Below, in pieces: positions 62,831-64,000 of a stretch of 64,000 nt of DNA (its first letter is position 1; each line of letters begins with the position of its first letter). Source of the stretch: the human T2T-CHM13v2.0 reference genome, Homo sapiens; assembly GCF_009914755.1 (NCBI RefSeq), contig NC_060933.1; one strand, 5' to 3'. The notes under the pieces are model-generated. The model searched no databases and had not been told where the DNA came from. It worked only from the letters and a program-made list of their open reading frames with translations. The position numbers were made by a program, and so were the translations under genes.

Positions 62831-63793
62831 TCTTCCAGAAACTTTGCAGATGCCACTCAATCCATAAAGCCGTTCGTGCCCTGCTATGCAGGCATCACCT
62901 CTATCCATTTATAAAAACTAAATAACCCCAATTCTGGCTTCAGTATATATTATGAGAGTACTATATTATTGGCTGATTGTGTCTCTGGGATTATAGTTTT
63001 TCTGAGGGTAGAAGGAGAGTCTTACTCATTCTGGATCTCTCAGCATATTTAACACATTGTTGCAATGTCTTGCCTTCCCAGCCTATCAAATAGAACTAAT
63101 AATTATGTCTGTTATATGAGATCATTATGAAATTTTAAATATAAACCTATTAAAACAGTACATGGTAGTCAATAAGTGATGGTTATTATTATAATATTTT
63201 TAAAACCATTTTAATACTAGATATCCAATAAACATTTGTTGGATTGATCTGAGTTGACAGATTTCTCTGGAAAGACAGGAGTTGTTCATTTTATTTTATT
63301 TTTTAGTTCTTTGACTATAAGACTTTAGAAGATGAAGAAAAGTTAGCAAATGTCAGCCTATTTATGAATGGCCTTTGCTTATGAAAAGCAAAAGTGAGCA
63401 TGTTATGCTGGTCACTGCTCTCTTCACCATAAGCTTTTTTTCCCTTTAAATTTGTAGCAATAATTAATATTTTCTTTTAAGCAAACTAAGTTTGTATAGT
63501 CAATAATAATTGGAGTAGTGCTCATAGGTCTTAAGAAAAAAACACACCAGTGAGCAATCAGCTGCTGCTTCTCATAAGTTTGGCCTAGACAGAGCCTTTC
63601 CGAACAACTTCTGGTTCTGTCTAGGAGAGTGGGGGACGAGGAGAGAACGTTACTAGAGGAGAGAGCCTTCCTGCAGGCTGAGCAGTGTGTACGTTGATTA
63701 CTCAGTTTATACTTTGAGACCCAAATATTCCCCATAGCTTTCAACAGAATCTGTACCCTTAAACAGGACAGTACCCTGATACAGATTAGCTGT

Positions 63794-64000
63794 TGATATG
63801 GTTTGGATGTTTTGTTTCCTTCATATCTCATGTTGAAACGCGACCTCCAATGTTGGAGGTGGAGCCTGGTGGGAGGTGTTTGGCTCATGGGAGTGAAGCC
63901 CTCGTGAATGGTTTGGCTTGACTTCCCCATGGTAATGAGTGAGCTCTTATTCTGTGAGTTATAGAGAGCTTGTTGTTTAAAAGAGTCTGGCATCTCTCTT
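63794..64000 (+). mobile_element. MSTB-type MaLR LTR, cut by window end
   Basis: TGATATGGTTTGGATG...CAATGTTGGAGGTGGAGCCTGGTGGGAGGTG. Confidence 0.88.

Noticed and set aside
63424-63993. 189-aa minus-strand ORF
   Set aside because: Starts inside the antisense MSTB LTR and has no recognisable domain; most likely a chance ORF.

Overview
Human (primate) non-coding genomic DNA. It is AT-rich and CpG-poor, and roughly three quarters of it is recognisable transposable-element sequence. An AluYb8 at 8083-8387 points to human specifically. I find no supportable host protein-coding gene, RNA gene, CRISPR array or prokaryotic system. The ORF track is explained by Alu, L1 and LTR remnants or by chance. 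Main elements: (1) an ERV-L pol remnant with its MLT2 LTR, itself split by a THE1D/MST provirus (which contains an Alu) and by a MER47 MITE; (2) several very old L1M fragments; (3) a near full-length L1PA15/16-like element split by a THE1 provirus; (4) a twin-primed, 5'-inverted L1PA with perfect TSDs; (5) a full-length L1MA2-like element with TSDs; (6) about ten Alus plus MIR, L2 and DNA-transposon relics. The most unusual signals are several short, locally templated insertions, both direct and inverted, that look like DNA-repair or template-switch scars. One of these creates a ~27-bp pre-miRNA-like hairpin. There is also a DUX4-type motif in a THE1 5' LTR and one plausible minus-strand non-coding exon. 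I did not find a convincing previously undescribed biological system. Subfamily names come from recalled consensus sequences and need RepeatMasker/Dfam confirmation. Boundaries of old elements are approximate.
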